Assembly (NCBI GenBank): GCA_964514965.1
Contig: CAZETV010000001.1
Location: forward strand, 843,063 to 875,062
Direction of reading: 5' to 3'
DNA from: Candidatus Hadarchaeota archaeon
Lineage (GTDB): Archaea > Hadarchaeota > Hadarchaeia > Hadarchaeales > Hadarchaeaceae
Length of the DNA stretch: 32,000 bases
The first letter of the stretch is position 1, and each line of letters opens with the position of its first letter. The notes under the pieces are model-generated. The model made no database searches, was not told the origin of the DNA, and saw only the letters and a list, made by a program, of their open reading frames with translations. This document shows positions 31,822 to 32,000 of this stretch, one piece after another. The position numbers were made by a program, and so were the translations under genes.

Positions 31822-32000
31822 ATGGAAGAAGCCGAAATCCCTGTTGTCGAGGCCCAGTTATTTAAAGGCAAGATAATTGTCTGGGATGAGGCACAGGCGA
31901 ACCAGCTCTATCAACGAGGCTCTTACGGCAAACCTCTGAGTGGGGGAAAGCTTCAGCTCGCGCAGGTTGAGGCTCTATTCCTACTAGAAGGCGGAAAAAT
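31822..32000 (+). CDS. endA: tRNA-splicing endonuclease EndA, N-terminal part (runs off window)
   Basis: Absent from the ORF track because it is truncated by the window edge. My translation from ATG 31822 is MEEAEIPVVEAQLFKGKIIVWDEAQANQLYQRGSYGKPLSGGKLQLAQVEALFLLEGGKI. This matches the EndA N-terminal domain pattern (xVxVxDxxxxxxLYxxGxYGKxxxxxxLxLSxxEALYLxExGxL). Confidence 0.65.
   Translation, partial: MEEAEIPVVEAQLFKGKIIVWDEAQANQLYQRGSYGKPLSGGKLQLAQVEALFLLEGGK

Noticed and set aside
1-32000. Looked for CRISPR arrays, rRNA genes, transposases, integrases and toxin-antitoxin pairs
   Set aside because: There are no regularly spaced direct repeats, no rRNA-like conserved blocks, and no DDE, tyrosine-recombinase or serine-recombinase-like ORFs in any frame of the track. 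The AbrB-like gene has no adjacent toxin-like ORF; it is followed by the ABC ATPase.

Overview
The window is an archaeal chromosomal fragment. Archaeal-type genes occur throughout: ATP-dependent DNA ligase, RecJ/GAN-like DHH nuclease, ApgM, DacZ-type diadenylate cyclase, a UbiA/DGGGP-synthase-like prenyltransferase, EndA, and BHB-intron tRNAs. Layout: (i) 1-3.6 kb (minus strand) holds an eight-gene Mrp antiporter module in the Mbh/Mbx gene order, running off the left edge. (ii) 4.0-9.4 kb holds two large secreted, C-terminally membrane-anchored surface proteins, a six-bladed Kelch-like propeller and a 1076-aa helical-repeat plus Ig-like-domain protein. (iii) 9.5-18.3 kb is a housekeeping block: two-subunit class I fumarase, DUF192, DacZ, DNA ligase, RecJ-like, MtnA, Nfu, ApgM. 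(iv) 18.4-29.9 kb looks more AT-rich and accessory by eye. It is punctuated by three intron-containing tRNA genes (Arg-UCG, Arg-CCG, Trp-CCA). It carries a Zn-ribbon/archaemetzincin-like protein, an AbrB-ABC exporter operon with two frameshifts, a methyltransferase, HtrA, TspO, a UbiA prenyltransferase and a SecB-like/membrane-protein pair. (v) 30.1-32.0 kb holds a NirJ/AhbD-like radical SAM enzyme and the 5' end of endA. The best candidate for an undescribed system is at 25.8-27.5 kb. An AT-rich radical SAM/SPASM enzyme with an N-terminal PqqD-like (RRE) domain is followed 28 nt downstream, on the same strand, by a 63-codon ORF ending in ...ALGLVVCCCG. This is the architecture of a RiPP maturase plus precursor peptide. 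Other notable points: tRNA-Trp carries two introns, and the first contains a C/D-box-like guide aimed at positions 34 and 39. tRNA-Arg(CCG) has a D-loop intron. Three genes are broken by single G/C-run indels. A 116-nt element bounded by inverted repeats lies next to tRNA-Trp. I saw no CRISPR array, rRNA, transposase or integrase. All calls rest on reading the sequence and translations by eye; no searches were run.
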